From contig CM060731.1 of the NCBI GenBank assembly GCA_030704615.1, forward strand, positions 50,034,001 to 50,098,000: DNA of 64,000 nucleotides, written 5' to 3'. Both the position numbers and the translations under genes were made by a program. Positions 25,300 to 35,734 of this stretch are shown piece after piece (within the stretch, counting starts at the first letter, position 1; each line of letters opens with the position of its first letter). The notes under the pieces are model-generated. The model was not told where the DNA came from. It was given only the letters and a program-made list of their open reading frames with translations, and did no database searches. This DNA is from Takakia lepidozioides (taxonomy: Eukaryota > Plantae > Bryophyta).

Positions 25300-27200
25300 A
25301 ATTTCTTTCTTTCTCCCTCCTATGAGCTTTCCGCGGACGTTATAAAGCACCATTTCATTTCATTTCATTTCCCTCCCGTCCTTCTTTGGGGCTCGAACAA
25401 TAATTTTTACTCTTCGCCCTAGTATTTTGTTTTTCTGTTTCCTCTCTCGTGTTTTCTTCCATTTTGTCCCATAAGCTCTATGAGCTTTCCGCGGACGTTA
25501 TAAATCACCATTTCATTTGGGGCTCCCGCGGACATTATACTATGTTTCTGGCAGATCCCTGAAGCTGTTAGGACCCAACATGTCAGGCACCTTATCTGCC
25601 ACAAGGTAGCTGAGGGTTTCTTCTTATTCTACTTAGTTCCATGGCCCCTTGAGCTGCCTGTGTTTGTTATAAAGTTTCTTTCTTTCTGTTTTTCTACCGT
25701 TTGGGTTATGTGGTCCTATAATGTTGTTCTACTTGTGTTCCTTGGGCCTACCAGGGACATAAAAAATATTTCTCCTTTCTTCTGTCTCTGTGATAAATCA
25801 AGAACAAGAAAGGAGTCCAGACACTGTCTGATTACCACTAAGAGCGTAATATTCTGCTGCCATTACTTGAGATTCATGTCATGGGTACAGCCAATGGGAA
25901 GGCACAAGTTCACGCACCGATTTCCACTCAGGCTTGTCTGTGCTGGAACCAAGGTACACAAAAACACTAATCAGTAATCGTACACGCAGACAGAGGCAAG
26001 GGGTTTCGCAAGAAAAGTGATGAGGAAACAGGGACAATGGGGGCAAACCCAGGTGGAGCCAGCATCTGTAGCATAAGGGGGAGCTATCACCAAACATAAT
26101 AATCCTGAATTAGTCGAGCAAAGGGACTGGAGTATTAACTTTGCATAAACAGTCCAGCAAGAAGTCCACAGAGGAAGATTGAAAAGACTGCAGGAGTAGA
26201 GGGAATGAGAAGAGCTCAACTGAATGGATGTGACTGTGCGGAAAGTCTGCTCTCCAAGAGACACACATGCAAACCATTTTGCCTTGACCTTCATATGTGC
26301 CTGCCCCCCCCCCCACCAATTACACAGAAAAACCCAAAATATTAGACAACGAGGCACAATTAGCATGTCAAGTTGAAGCCCCAGACCCTACTTCACAGTG
26401 GGACTTAGAAGTGTGTTCTCGATAACACCAAAGTGGTATTGGTGCAACTATTGAATTCTGACTAAGTTTGTACAATCTGTTGAATTCTGCAAACTTCCCT
26501 CCCCCACATAGTGAATTTTAGTATGATGTCTCCAAAATCAGCAATTCAAGAAGCCTGGAAAAGAAGCACTCTGCCACATAAAGGAATGTGTCTGATTGGT
26601 GAGAGACTCTCACAACCTGCAAGGGAAGGTCCGCAGTTAGCAACCAGGAAGGATCCAAGTCAGTGACTGGACTTAAGCTACAACTAAAACCTCTAGAAGC
26701 ATTTGCAGTGGGTAAGCAATAATCCTTTTCGTGGGCCTCTCCACAGGCCCTCTTTCCCAAGAATGTCAAGCTACACCGTTAACCTTTGCAATGCGTGACG
26801 AAGAGGTCAATCCTCTAACACCAACGCAGCACCGCGACCATGAACAATTGCTAACTGCAGGTCAGTAGAAAACTTGACCCTCAACCAAGATAAGCTGATG
26901 AATGCAATGCCACTAGTGTTAACTTCGATATTCAGTGATAAAACCCAACCATGCAGGAGAGATTCTTCCAGACTGAAGCAGAGTTGAAACAGAAGGCCAT
27001 GCAACGCAGAAAAGGGGCCTTACAGAAGTGAGCTGGATGCGGGCAATGCCACTAAATTGCTCTTGTTTAAGAGGGCGTTGGTTCCCGCTGCCTTTGGAAG
27101 CCATCTTCAGTTTCGCCGGGGTCTTCTGGTCTGCTCCATCTACCCCCTGCTCTTCCGAATTCCCATGTCTACTCACACATGTTGATAACTTGTGACCCAT
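13654..27200 (-). CDS. PSD2: Phosphatidylserine decarboxylase proenzyme, PSD2/PSD3 type (C2 + EF-hand + PSD), ~668 aa
   Basis: 21 exons: 27200-27024, 26300-26221, 25942-25918, 25011-24952, 24521-24453, 23996-23904, 23823-23773, 23653-23570, 23258-23167, 22907-22752, 22556-22481, 22362-22251, 21982-21882, 21316-21269, 20882-20736, 20226-20134, 16874-16800, 15390-15298, 15117-15031, 14077-14027, 13890-13654 (2007 nt, open). Motifs: KWFACVSLGEQTFRT, DYDESGELSFSEF, CPVCGE, TFNEFFIRELKPG, FRLAPQDYHRFH, VNPIAVNS, and GYFSFGGST (pyruvoyl autocleavage site). Confidence 0.96.
14715..14883 (-). mobile_element. 5'-truncated LINE family A copy (169 bp) with 13-bp TSD
   Basis: Matches 17314-17460. Flanked by ATCAAAATACAGA at 14702-14714 and 14884-14896. 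Confidence 0.88.
16090..16482 (+). mobile_element. Degenerate 3' end of LINE family B (C-terminal zinc finger + CATTT tail)
   Basis: Translates to IETEEHVFFCCPLYYEI...CLFYETQSLTKVFHCED, homologous to CLFSGTQTLTDVFHYED of the 20331-20560 copy. Ends in GGACGTTATA...CATTTCATTTCA. 5' limit approximate. Confidence 0.7.
16491..16552 (+). mobile_element. 62-bp LINE family A 3'-end insertion with 8-bp TSD
   Basis: GGTCTATGGCCACAAGGCTACGGCAAACAAAGTCTATGAGTACAT flanked by TCTATCCC at 16483-16490 and 16553-16560. Confidence 0.85.
16567..16710 (+). mobile_element. Older internally deleted LINE family A fragment
   Basis: Encodes SLEAEPK...QQVDACVKGFLEDI, matching SLEAEPKAQ...[14 protein letters not shown] of the large LINE, followed by a degenerate 3' terminus. 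Confidence 0.8.
17314..20062 (-). mobile_element. 5'-truncated non-LTR retrotransposon (RTE-X-like LINE, family A), 2749 bp, in PSD intron 16
   Basis: RT motifs NYRGITLL, FLDVKKAYDTV, GVAQGCTLSPLLFNVFI, LMFADD, YTYLG and C-terminal CPLC...HFLIHC finger. ORF pieces 20024-19341, 19276-18938 and 19035-17320 are joined by ~3 frameshifts. No endonuclease domain. Perfect 16-bp TSD AGATGCCTGGGAGAGA at 17298-17313 and 20063-20078. Clade assignment is by resemblance only. Confidence 0.93.
20331..20560 (-). mobile_element. LINE family B 3' end (230 bp) with 7-bp TSD
   Basis: Encodes CLFSGTQTLTDVFHYEDQKCLAAYLHEAFTLRQSLEH*, then a 3' UTR with AAGCTC-TAT-GAGCTT hairpin and (CATTT)n tail. TGTGTGA at 20324-20330 and 20561-20567. 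Confidence 0.8.
25269..25297 (+). repeat. (TC)n microsatellite
   Basis: ~14 TC units in PSD intron 3. Confidence 0.95.
25321..25369 (+). mobile_element. 49-bp LINE family B 3'-end insertion with 7-bp TSD
   Basis: TATGAGCTTTCCGCGGACGTTATAAAGCAC(CATTT)4 flanked by TCCCTCC at 25314-25320 and 25370-25376. Confidence 0.78.
25395..25515 (+). mobile_element. 121-bp LINE family B 3'-UTR insertion with 10-bp TSD
   Basis: Matches the reverse complement of 20340-20455. Flanked by TTTGGGGCTC at 25385-25394 and 25516-25525. Confidence 0.85.
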
Positions 27201-27879
27201 CTTTCAGACCCGAAATCCAGCCGTGGTGAACCGGAAGTCGTCAGACAGAGAGGCGAGTGTAGATCCCGATAAATTGCCGACATAAACTTGAACCCGACCG
27301 TGAATGACACACAGACACAAAACCGTGAGCGGGACTAGAATGCAAAAAGACTGAGAGATAGTGAAAGATGAGGAGGAAAGCAAAACACAGCACTTAGCAA
27401 CATGGGTTGGAGACAACAAAGGTACCTGGACAGAAAAATACAGCAAATCATAACATGGGTTGGAGCGCCAACCCAGGCAGCTGGTAGAAAAACACAGTAA
27501 GTCTAGGCAACTAGAGCGATTGCCGTGGCTCGTGGCTGGCCGATCACGTTCTGGAAGTTTGAACTGCGAAACGTGCCTGGGCCCTACTGTGCACACATGC
27601 CGATGTCTTGAAGACGAAAAGTTCTGAGGCCGAGGATAGAGTCAAATTGAATACGTCATTCACGCATGAGAGGGAATGCCAGACTGCCACGTCTGAAGTG
27701 TCCAGTATGTGCGTTGCTGAGGTCCTCAAAATTTCTTTGAACTGTAGATGTATTGGTGACACTGATCAGAGGTGAAGGCTGTGGGATGGCGATCTTTCGG
27801 GTTTGATCTGCCTTGTGTATCCTCGTAGTAAGAGTGTGTCTCCGTTGCCTTGTTTTAAGACAACCCCCTTTGCAATATC

Positions 27880-28830
27880 TGAGATTGCATCGCTATAGAA
27901 TTCTCACTGATGGTGAGCCAAAGGAGATTGAAGAAGTCTGTCGAACTGACAATACCCGTTTCCTTACTGGGGTACCCAAGTGAAAGGTTCGGATAGGGTC
28001 TCATTCCGGGATGACGAAACTTTTCTCTGAATATGCCGGAGGACCTCAGCCTGGTGAAGGAATACATCTCAGATACAAGGATGCGAGAAGCTGTCTTGAG
28101 CAATCTTACCCTACTTTCCTCCATTATTTTCTGGCAAAAGCAGAAAGGCATAATTTCACCAACAAGGACATAAGAATAAACTTCTGCCCTCCTCCATGAA
28201 AGGCAACCCCTCGTGACGGTTAAACTAGTGCGGACTGCATTTCGTGCTTTCACGCTCACAACCTCCTCTGCTTTTGGGTGAGTTCAGTTCTAACGTACTT
28301 ATGATCTCCATCTCTGTATTGGGCCCATTGGACCTCCATAAACATTGTAGCTTAATTTGTTCCGTTTCTGTCATTAATTGGTACTTCTCAATATGGAGTA
28401 GATCTCTGCAAACAATGAAAGCCAGTCCGACTCATCTCTCCCTCGTTTTTGGGATTTCAGGTTGAACAAGGGTTTGAAAATCTGCACATACAAAAAGTTC
28501 GGTCATCTCCTTCATCTCCAGCACGTCGAGCACAATGGAGGCATGGAGCAGCTGTACGTGTCCGCACAATCGTGCACTCGAACATGCAAACGGGTCAAAT
28601 TCCCCATCGGAGCAGATAGCGGTGAGGAATGCAAGTGGAACAGGGAACAGGAATGCAAGTGGTGGCCTTTCTACGTGCATTTGACAATTTCCCGTCCTGG
28701 TATAAGGATTACCTAGGCACGCCAGCTGATTGGAACTGGAAAATCAGAACGATTCTGAACGGAGCGATGGCGCGTGAGAGCTTATTGCTGCTTGCCCTTT
28801 ATTTCTTTGTTCTGCCCCTTGCATATGGTA
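27880..28830 (+). pseudogene. Decayed two-exon coding sequence of unknown family
   Basis: Frame reads YRILTDGEPKEIEEVCRTDNTRFLTGVPK*KVRIGSHSGMTKLFSEY...INFCPPP*. GTGAG donor ~28278 and TTTCAG acceptor 28460 lead into LNKGLKICTYKKFGHLLH...CKWWPF, with an apparent frameshift into AFDNFPSWYKDYLG. No domain recognised. Confidence 0.3.
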
Positions 28831-30288
28831 TTCTGATCAGATCCTCAAACTGCAATTGCAACAGATGCACACGGTATTACTACATGAGTGTGATTTGCTT
28901 ACAATCGGTAAGAGGTAAAGTTCCTGTCCACGTGTTGAGAATCTTCTGAGGGCAGGATTCGAAATTCCAGGAACACGCTTGCCCAGGAACTTTACCTGTC
29001 TGTACATGCTGTTTATCATTCCTTATGCACAAATTCTGCCAATGCCCCGGGCAAAAGCTAGAATATGATATTCCTGGGGCAAAGACGAGGAATCTGTAGA
29101 ATTGGGTTTTCCCAACAGGAAGGTACTCAAGTTCTCACCTCCTCATGGTTGCAAATTAGAGGCTTCATCGATCAGTCGGAAGACCTTCAGAAGTCGAGAG
29201 TGACTCGATACATATGATGATTGATTATATGGCAAGCCATAGTCATGGATCTCTAATAATTTTAGAGGAGGTAAGAGATTGGAAACACTTGACATGCAAG
29301 GGTGATTCTCTGACCTCATCTTGTCGGGGCCTCCTTCAGATTTACGTTTTCACTTACTAGCTCCTGGAGTAGCATCTTTGTCTAAACTGCACAAGAATTC
29401 TGGACTTCAGACTTGTGAATCTATGTTGACTTAGCAGGTGAGAGCTTCACTGGCACCGCTGCTGGCCAAGACAACACTACCGTGGCCAACATGAAAGTTT
29501 ATGTTCTTGCACCCACCGTTGTGGTTTCATGGTCCGTCTATGTCTTCACCACGGGAATCCCCATTGCTCCCGTCACTCTCGAAGCTCCACCAGGTCTCTC
29601 TCTCTTTCTTCTCCTGTGGGCCTCCAAGGACTTGATGAATCTCTTTCTTTTGTTCTTCTCCCTCTCTCTCAAGACTTCAGTACAGTGTACCTTCTCTCTA
29701 GACTACACAGTTTCTCTTCTCTGGCTCCCGTGGAAGTTTTTTTCTTCATTTCTCTCTGGAAAATATCAGCTAAAAGGGCCTCCACACATTGCATACAAGG
29801 CTGAAATCCAAACGTAGAGAAGGGTGCCTATCTCTGTACAGTTAGTTAAATCCAGCAGACAACATTGGAACCCCAAGATCTGTGGGCGAGGATCGCCAAC
29901 ATTGCCTGATAATATGCGTGCTTGGGTGGTCGATAGTATAGGTGCTTGCTTCAAACTTTGAAAGCATGAAGCAAACTGTCACTGCGCTTCTTTCTCAGCT
30001 CAAGCTCCTCAAGCCAAGGCTAAAAGGCCTGGCCCTCCATGTTTAGATTGAATACTGGGGTGAGTAGTTGCATCCATGTAATGCAAGAATACTAAATGAT
30101 GAAGTAAATCTGGATGGTGCTCTAAAGATATCAATCATGGTGTGAAGAACAGACATTTCCCCTCCATGCCATGCTTTTGATGGTGATATTTTTCCATCAA
30201 TGATGACCATTTCGGTTCTCAGTACTGAAAAATTGCATTGAAAAGGAGCTCCATATCATTGACATTAGTTGGGGGGGTTGATACAGAG

Positions 30289-31560
30289 AAGATGGTTTGG
30301 CTGACAATACAATGCCAGGGAGGGGCAGCTCGAGTGACTCTACCGGATACAATAGCAAATTACACAGATGTCCAGGTGGATAACACTGGCCACTGGAGTC
30401 TAGAAAATATTCCTGACAATGCAACAGTGAGAGTCACAGGTCTGGGCATCAAATTTCTGGCGAACATCTCAGTATGTAACCATGCATTGGATACGCTGCT
30501 GTATGGCAAAGGTCAAGACAATGTAGGTCCATTGTACCCTTCCCATCAATGTCTGATTGAAGGAGATAACGTATTCAACAGCTTTGCTACTGGCTTATCC
30601 ATAGGTGATAGACTTACCAGACATTGCCTGCTCTACAATGGTGGCCATAGACTCTCTCCATTTCAAGCATTTGATGTCTCATGGCGTAACAGGTTGCTCC
30701 TTGACTTGTATGGACATTCAAACACTTTGCAAGTGCACACATATGCACGGCTCATATGGCAGGCATGAGAATCATGAATAGAAGAAATGGTGGAGGCCCC
30801 AAGAGCTACAAAACAACTCTGGGGCTCTTCCCTACTGGCTTGCAAAATGGAAACAAGGTAACTGTAGCTGAACAGAAATGCTCTTGGAATGAGTGTGAGC
30901 AGGATATAGCCGGCAGAGCAACAATGACATTGGTTGTGAACTGGAACATGTTGGATGGAACTCCCCAGGAAGTGAAAGATTACATATATATTTGGGCACC
31001 CACAGCTTGTAAGGTCCTCTTTCTCTTGATGTCCTGCAAGCATTTAATCAGGCTCTCAAACTTTATAGCTTTGCTATTTTATGCTTGCTTTGAGATCCAG
31101 ACGGGGTCCATCACAATGATCCTTGTCTATGGCTACCAAAAGGACTTTGAGACTTGCGGGACAGGCAGCAGTATATTATTTAGAAGGTTAGTTGCTGCTA
31201 TCTCGAGTTCTAACACATACCATGTGGCCCACAAGGCATACTCCCCACTGACACAGCTCATGAGAGTGATTCATTCTTTGTTCATCAGAAAGGAAATTTG
31301 AACTCTAAACCTCTGTCTGTAGTCTCTATTACAGCCCCCATGGAACTGCTTATAGTGAGCTTAAGTTTCTTGTGTGCGTCTGAAAACAGTGACATCATTG
31401 TCTACATACAGAGGGACGGTGGCATCAGTGTGTATAATAGGCTCTCTTTTGCTGGTTGGTCTCTACTATCTCAACACAGCGGGTGTGCACACCATGCTCA
31501 AGACAAATGCTATGAAGATCAAGGCATCCCACGAAGATCTTGCCTGTGAACAAACCAGAG
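30289..31560 (+). pseudogene. Frameshifted orphan coding sequence with a possible transmembrane exon
   Basis: Overlapping ORFs 30238-30768 and 30756-31301 in different frames. Putative in-frame intron ~31014-31100. Downstream exon-like block 31390-31559 encodes hydrophobic VASVCIIGSLLLVGLYYL. Confidence 0.3.
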
Positions 31561-31719
31561 TGAGATTTTTTTCTGTTCTTCCTTAATTGCAGTTACTGGC
31601 TTAAAGAGAAGAAGAGTCTTTGTAAGGTTAAGAGCATGTGGCTAACTGAAAAGAAATTGATAAAACAGGAGGCAGATAGAAACACATCCATATATTTTCA
31701 GCGCTGCTGCTGTAACCCC

Positions 31720-34700
31720 CAAGATGGCCTAGTGATGCGCGCTACCAGTCACTGTGCCTAGAAGGAAAAGACTGGAAGAAAAAATTAATAAAAAGAAAAA
31801 TAAAATGAATAAGAAGAGACAAAAAAGTAATTCTTCCTCAGGAGAGCTTGGAATGGAGACTAGTACACGTCCTACCGGTGGAAAAAGCAAAAGAAAAAGG
31901 AGAAAAGAGGGGTAGAGAGGAGGAAATCTATTATATCACTAGATCAATGAAAATGAAAGAATGAGCTCCCCCACAAGGTGCACAAAGACTGAAGTGACGT
32001 TTTGTCTTGGGTGGAAATTTGTTTGGACTCTGGTTTCTCTTTCCTTTCTCAATTTGTCGTACATAGAAAGTGGAAGGAAAGAAACTTAAAAGACAACCAG
32101 CTCAAAAGTGCTTATGTTACAACTGAAAGGAAAGACAGCATGTGACCTTAACAGTGCCCCAACAACCAGCAGCCACAATCAGAAATCTAAACTAAGCCTC
32201 CGTTGAGAGAGAGAATGTTATAGCTTCCTAAAAACTCAAAAGACAGCTAATGGGACAATCTTATTGGGGAAGGAGGGAGGGAGAGAGCTAAGTAAGTAGG
32301 AAGATGACTAGGTATGCTTCAGGTGTTCAATCCAATGTGGATTCCGAGTGCACCTGCCCAAGTTGGATACTCAAATATCATATCAACGCCAAACCCGCTG
32401 ATACTGTTGCAAAGACGGTCAGATCTGAGACAGCGGTAAGCCCCAACCTTCATGCCAATTTAACGAATCATTAGCTGCCTTCTCAGGCATAACCTAGAAA
32501 GGAGTCCAAGTGGAGGAATGAGACCATCATCCCACAGTACAGCTCAATGTGACGCAATCTTGTGTACCAAAATTTGTGAGAGAGGTTATAGAGTTGTTAA
32601 AGCCACTGCAGCCTGGTCCATGTTCTTCTTCTTTGCCGAATGGTTTCTAAACATTGCCTCAAGTGGTGAGGGACCATGTGGAAGTGGTAGCAATTCTTTG
32701 TACACCTATCCATTGCCTTACCTTCTGAATAGTCAATGGAAGCAATTGTGATTGATTGGCATGGAACTTCGATGCAGGGCTTTCAAACTGCCAGGCCCCC
32801 AAGACCTGGAAGAAAGGTACTTTGCGGTCTCCTTCACTTTCCTTGGTTAACGATTCCCCAGATGACAGGGTCTTCTACTATAGAAATTAGAACTCCTGAT
32901 AGCAACGAGCTCCTGTATCATGAACGATTGTTCGATGAACAAGTACGAATCTACAGAGCAGCTTTTTTGCCTTGCTTTGTGGAGATTTTGCTTACAATAA
33001 GTCAGGGTGGGGCCTGCAATTCTTCTCCTGATATGTAAACACGCTTGATTTCAAGTAAATCCCCCCTTGTTAGATACCTACATTGTGGGTAATGCTTCGG
33101 GGTTGGATCTAATTACCGTGGATCTTTGCAGGCTGCTGAGGATAGAAAAACTGAAGAGTGGGAAAAGGCCGCCCTGTGTCCCATGTGGCCAGCCTGCCAA
33201 TCATCCTTACTCGAGTTCAAGCTCGAGCAGTGATGACGATGGTGCCGACAAAGGAAAGACAAGGAGTAGGAAAGCACCTCCGAAATTTGTCGGTGGCCTC
33301 TCCTCGAATTGGGACCCTTCCACGATCAATTGCGTCCCCTGCGGAAAGACAGCTTCCAACAAACCCCCATCCATGAGCGACTCGGGTGCCGGAGTGCAAC
33401 ATATGACGACTCCTCTCAGGATTGGTGTTATCCTTTTAAATCAAGCAAGAGTGCATCCTCATTGGGAATCTGGAGAGAATTCACAAACTCCTGCTTGCAC
33501 TGGGCGGCGGTTTGGTGCTGGCGCAACGACAGCGGTAACGCCCGTGCATTCAAAGACAGACCCATCCTTGAGCTCCAAAGCTCCCGAAGTAATGCATGTG
33601 GGTGAGGTGGTCGCTCGACATACAAGTCTTAAGAGGGATTCAATGCCCACACTCTACCTTGATGAAATATGGCCCATTGGGCTTCCCATGGACCACCCTG
33701 ATGACAAACCAGGTTCAGACCAAAGTGAAACCTTACGACAGGATGAACCCTCGTCTTCCGCTGAAAAGATTCTCACTGACCATCCTTCCAGCCACACTAC
33801 TGACGTTGTTGAAGAATCCGACCTGTACGCGGGCAATTCTTCTAGTGGAGAAGCCTCGCTATTCTACCTTGCGCAGCCAGGTGAACACTTACTCGAGACC
33901 ACTCGCCACCACACAGATCAGACCAACTGCTCTTTCAGACGTCCACATGACAGCAAACCTTATGAAGATGTCGCTGAAGACTTGGCAGCTACCTGGAGCT
34001 CTGTCAGAAGTCATGAGAATGACTCCTTGGAAGACACTAGTGAAGTTCATGCAGTGCAAAGCATTCAAACTAGCCATGCCAGTGAAGCTGAGGATAGTAG
34101 TGTGGTTGCGGGTACCAGCAATATGGCAAGTCACTCTAGTATAACCTTTGAAGAGATGGGTGAAAGCATAGAGAGCAGTAGCCCCTCAAGGAATGTCATC
34201 GGTGAGGTTGAGGAGATTAGGGGATTACCTTTGGTCACTAATGGTGCTGCTAGGAGGGATCCTATGTTGGCTGAGTCTGAACATAGATCTCACCAGGATG
34301 CATAGTAGATCCAGCCCCAGAAAGGACTATGGAAGGGTAGCCAGATCGATTCTTTGGTAAGGGTCTATTCTCAATCTGCTGCATGACAGGAGCCACTTGA
34401 TGGTTTGAAGGAGAAGTTTTCAAACTGTGAGCTGGGTGATGCGAATATCACACAAGGCATTCTTAGATGAGGTCACATCCCTATCTTTGCCTTCAGAGAT
34501 ACCTGCAATCCCGTATCAGTTAAGTTTGATTCCAACACTGGGAAGGGGTCAGCAACCATGAATACTAAAAAGAACAGTGGTTGTATGTGAAGGCAGTCAA
34601 GGTGATCTTGCATATTCACTACAACTTGAACCAGTGGGACCTGGTCATATTGATGACCAGTTGAAGAGCCTTTGGTCAGTGACAAAAACACAAAATTTGC

Positions 34701-34800
34701 CCAGTTCATGTTGAGCTGAATCTTAACTAATGAAATACCCAAAAAACCACCATGGTGTGGTTATCAGTCCATAAGTGTCAACTCATACCTGGAGGTAGGT
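31720..34800 (+). pseudogene. Decayed multi-exon gene: basic region, broken CCHC zinc knuckle, 412-aa Ser-rich ORF
   Basis: K/R-rich exon ~31755-31975. C-YN-*-KERQ-H-VTL(+1)Q-C at 32115-32157. Acceptor TTTGCAG at 33131 opens ORF 33067-34305, which has two CVPCG motifs. The frame continues past 34305 with scattered stops. Confidence 0.4.
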
Positions 34801-35734
34801 CTGAAGACACCTAAGGCTAGTCTGGTTCACATTCCCACATTCAGTTGCATTGCAGTTGCATTCCCAATACAATGCACCAAGAGATTTGACAGTCGTAGGC
34901 TCTATATAATCACAACACAAAGATGTTATCAGCAGAGTTGCCATCCTTGTCAACCAAAAGATAACCTTGTTGACAATCTCAGTATGTTATTCAGCCAGGG
35001 ACAGTCCATCAAATATGACTTGTTCCAAATACAGACAACTACGCCTTCTCCTTCAGAGAGTCATCAAGGGATTTGAAGGCTACAGAATACGCTGACTCAA
35101 ACAACAGTATGCTGGAGTCAGCAAGGTATCCAGGTCAGAAGAAGGTTACCAGGTTGATAATTTTGAATGAAGTCAGAGACTGTGTTGAATGTGACCATGT
35201 AATTAGTGGAGTGTACAGCTCACATGTTAGCATTCTATGCCAAGACAGGATAATACAATGCAAAGCAACTGTACCTACAGATAAATCCGTCATGAAAGTA
35301 TCACTGCTGGCTGGTCTTTATGCAAAATGTCCATTGGAAAATCAACTAAAGCCTAAGGTCAATACTATTCTGAAACTCCTCCAAGCTTCAAGTGGAGTGA
35401 GCGGCATGAACTTTTTTACAATAGCAATAAGAGAGCTGAAGCAAGAAGTGTTGCACTCCAAGCCTGTGCATTCAATATCATTCCAGCACTCTGCACAAGA
35501 AACAACCACCCACAAAGAGATTCCATCTCAGTGCCATGAAAATGGAAAGTATCAAAACAGAGGTATACAGGAGTCAAGGAGGGATGTCAGGTAGCTGCTA
35601 CCAGCGGAGGAGATACAGCTGCAGATAACATCGAATAATCTGAAGAAACTTGATAGTATGTTTGATCAAGAAACAAATACAACTTTCAAGGCAGCTTCCA
35701 TGTTTGTCCTTTCAAAGCCTTGACAGCACTCAAT

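Noticed and set aside
30700-30760. ASAHI resembling an HNH nuclease AAHI motif
   Set aside because: It lies in a frame closed by an upstream stop, and the downstream N and H residues of the motif are absent.
35073-35594. 173-aa ORF on + strand
   Set aside because: Non-ATG start, no recognisable domain, and overlaps the phytocyanin 3' region antisense. Not supportable as a gene.
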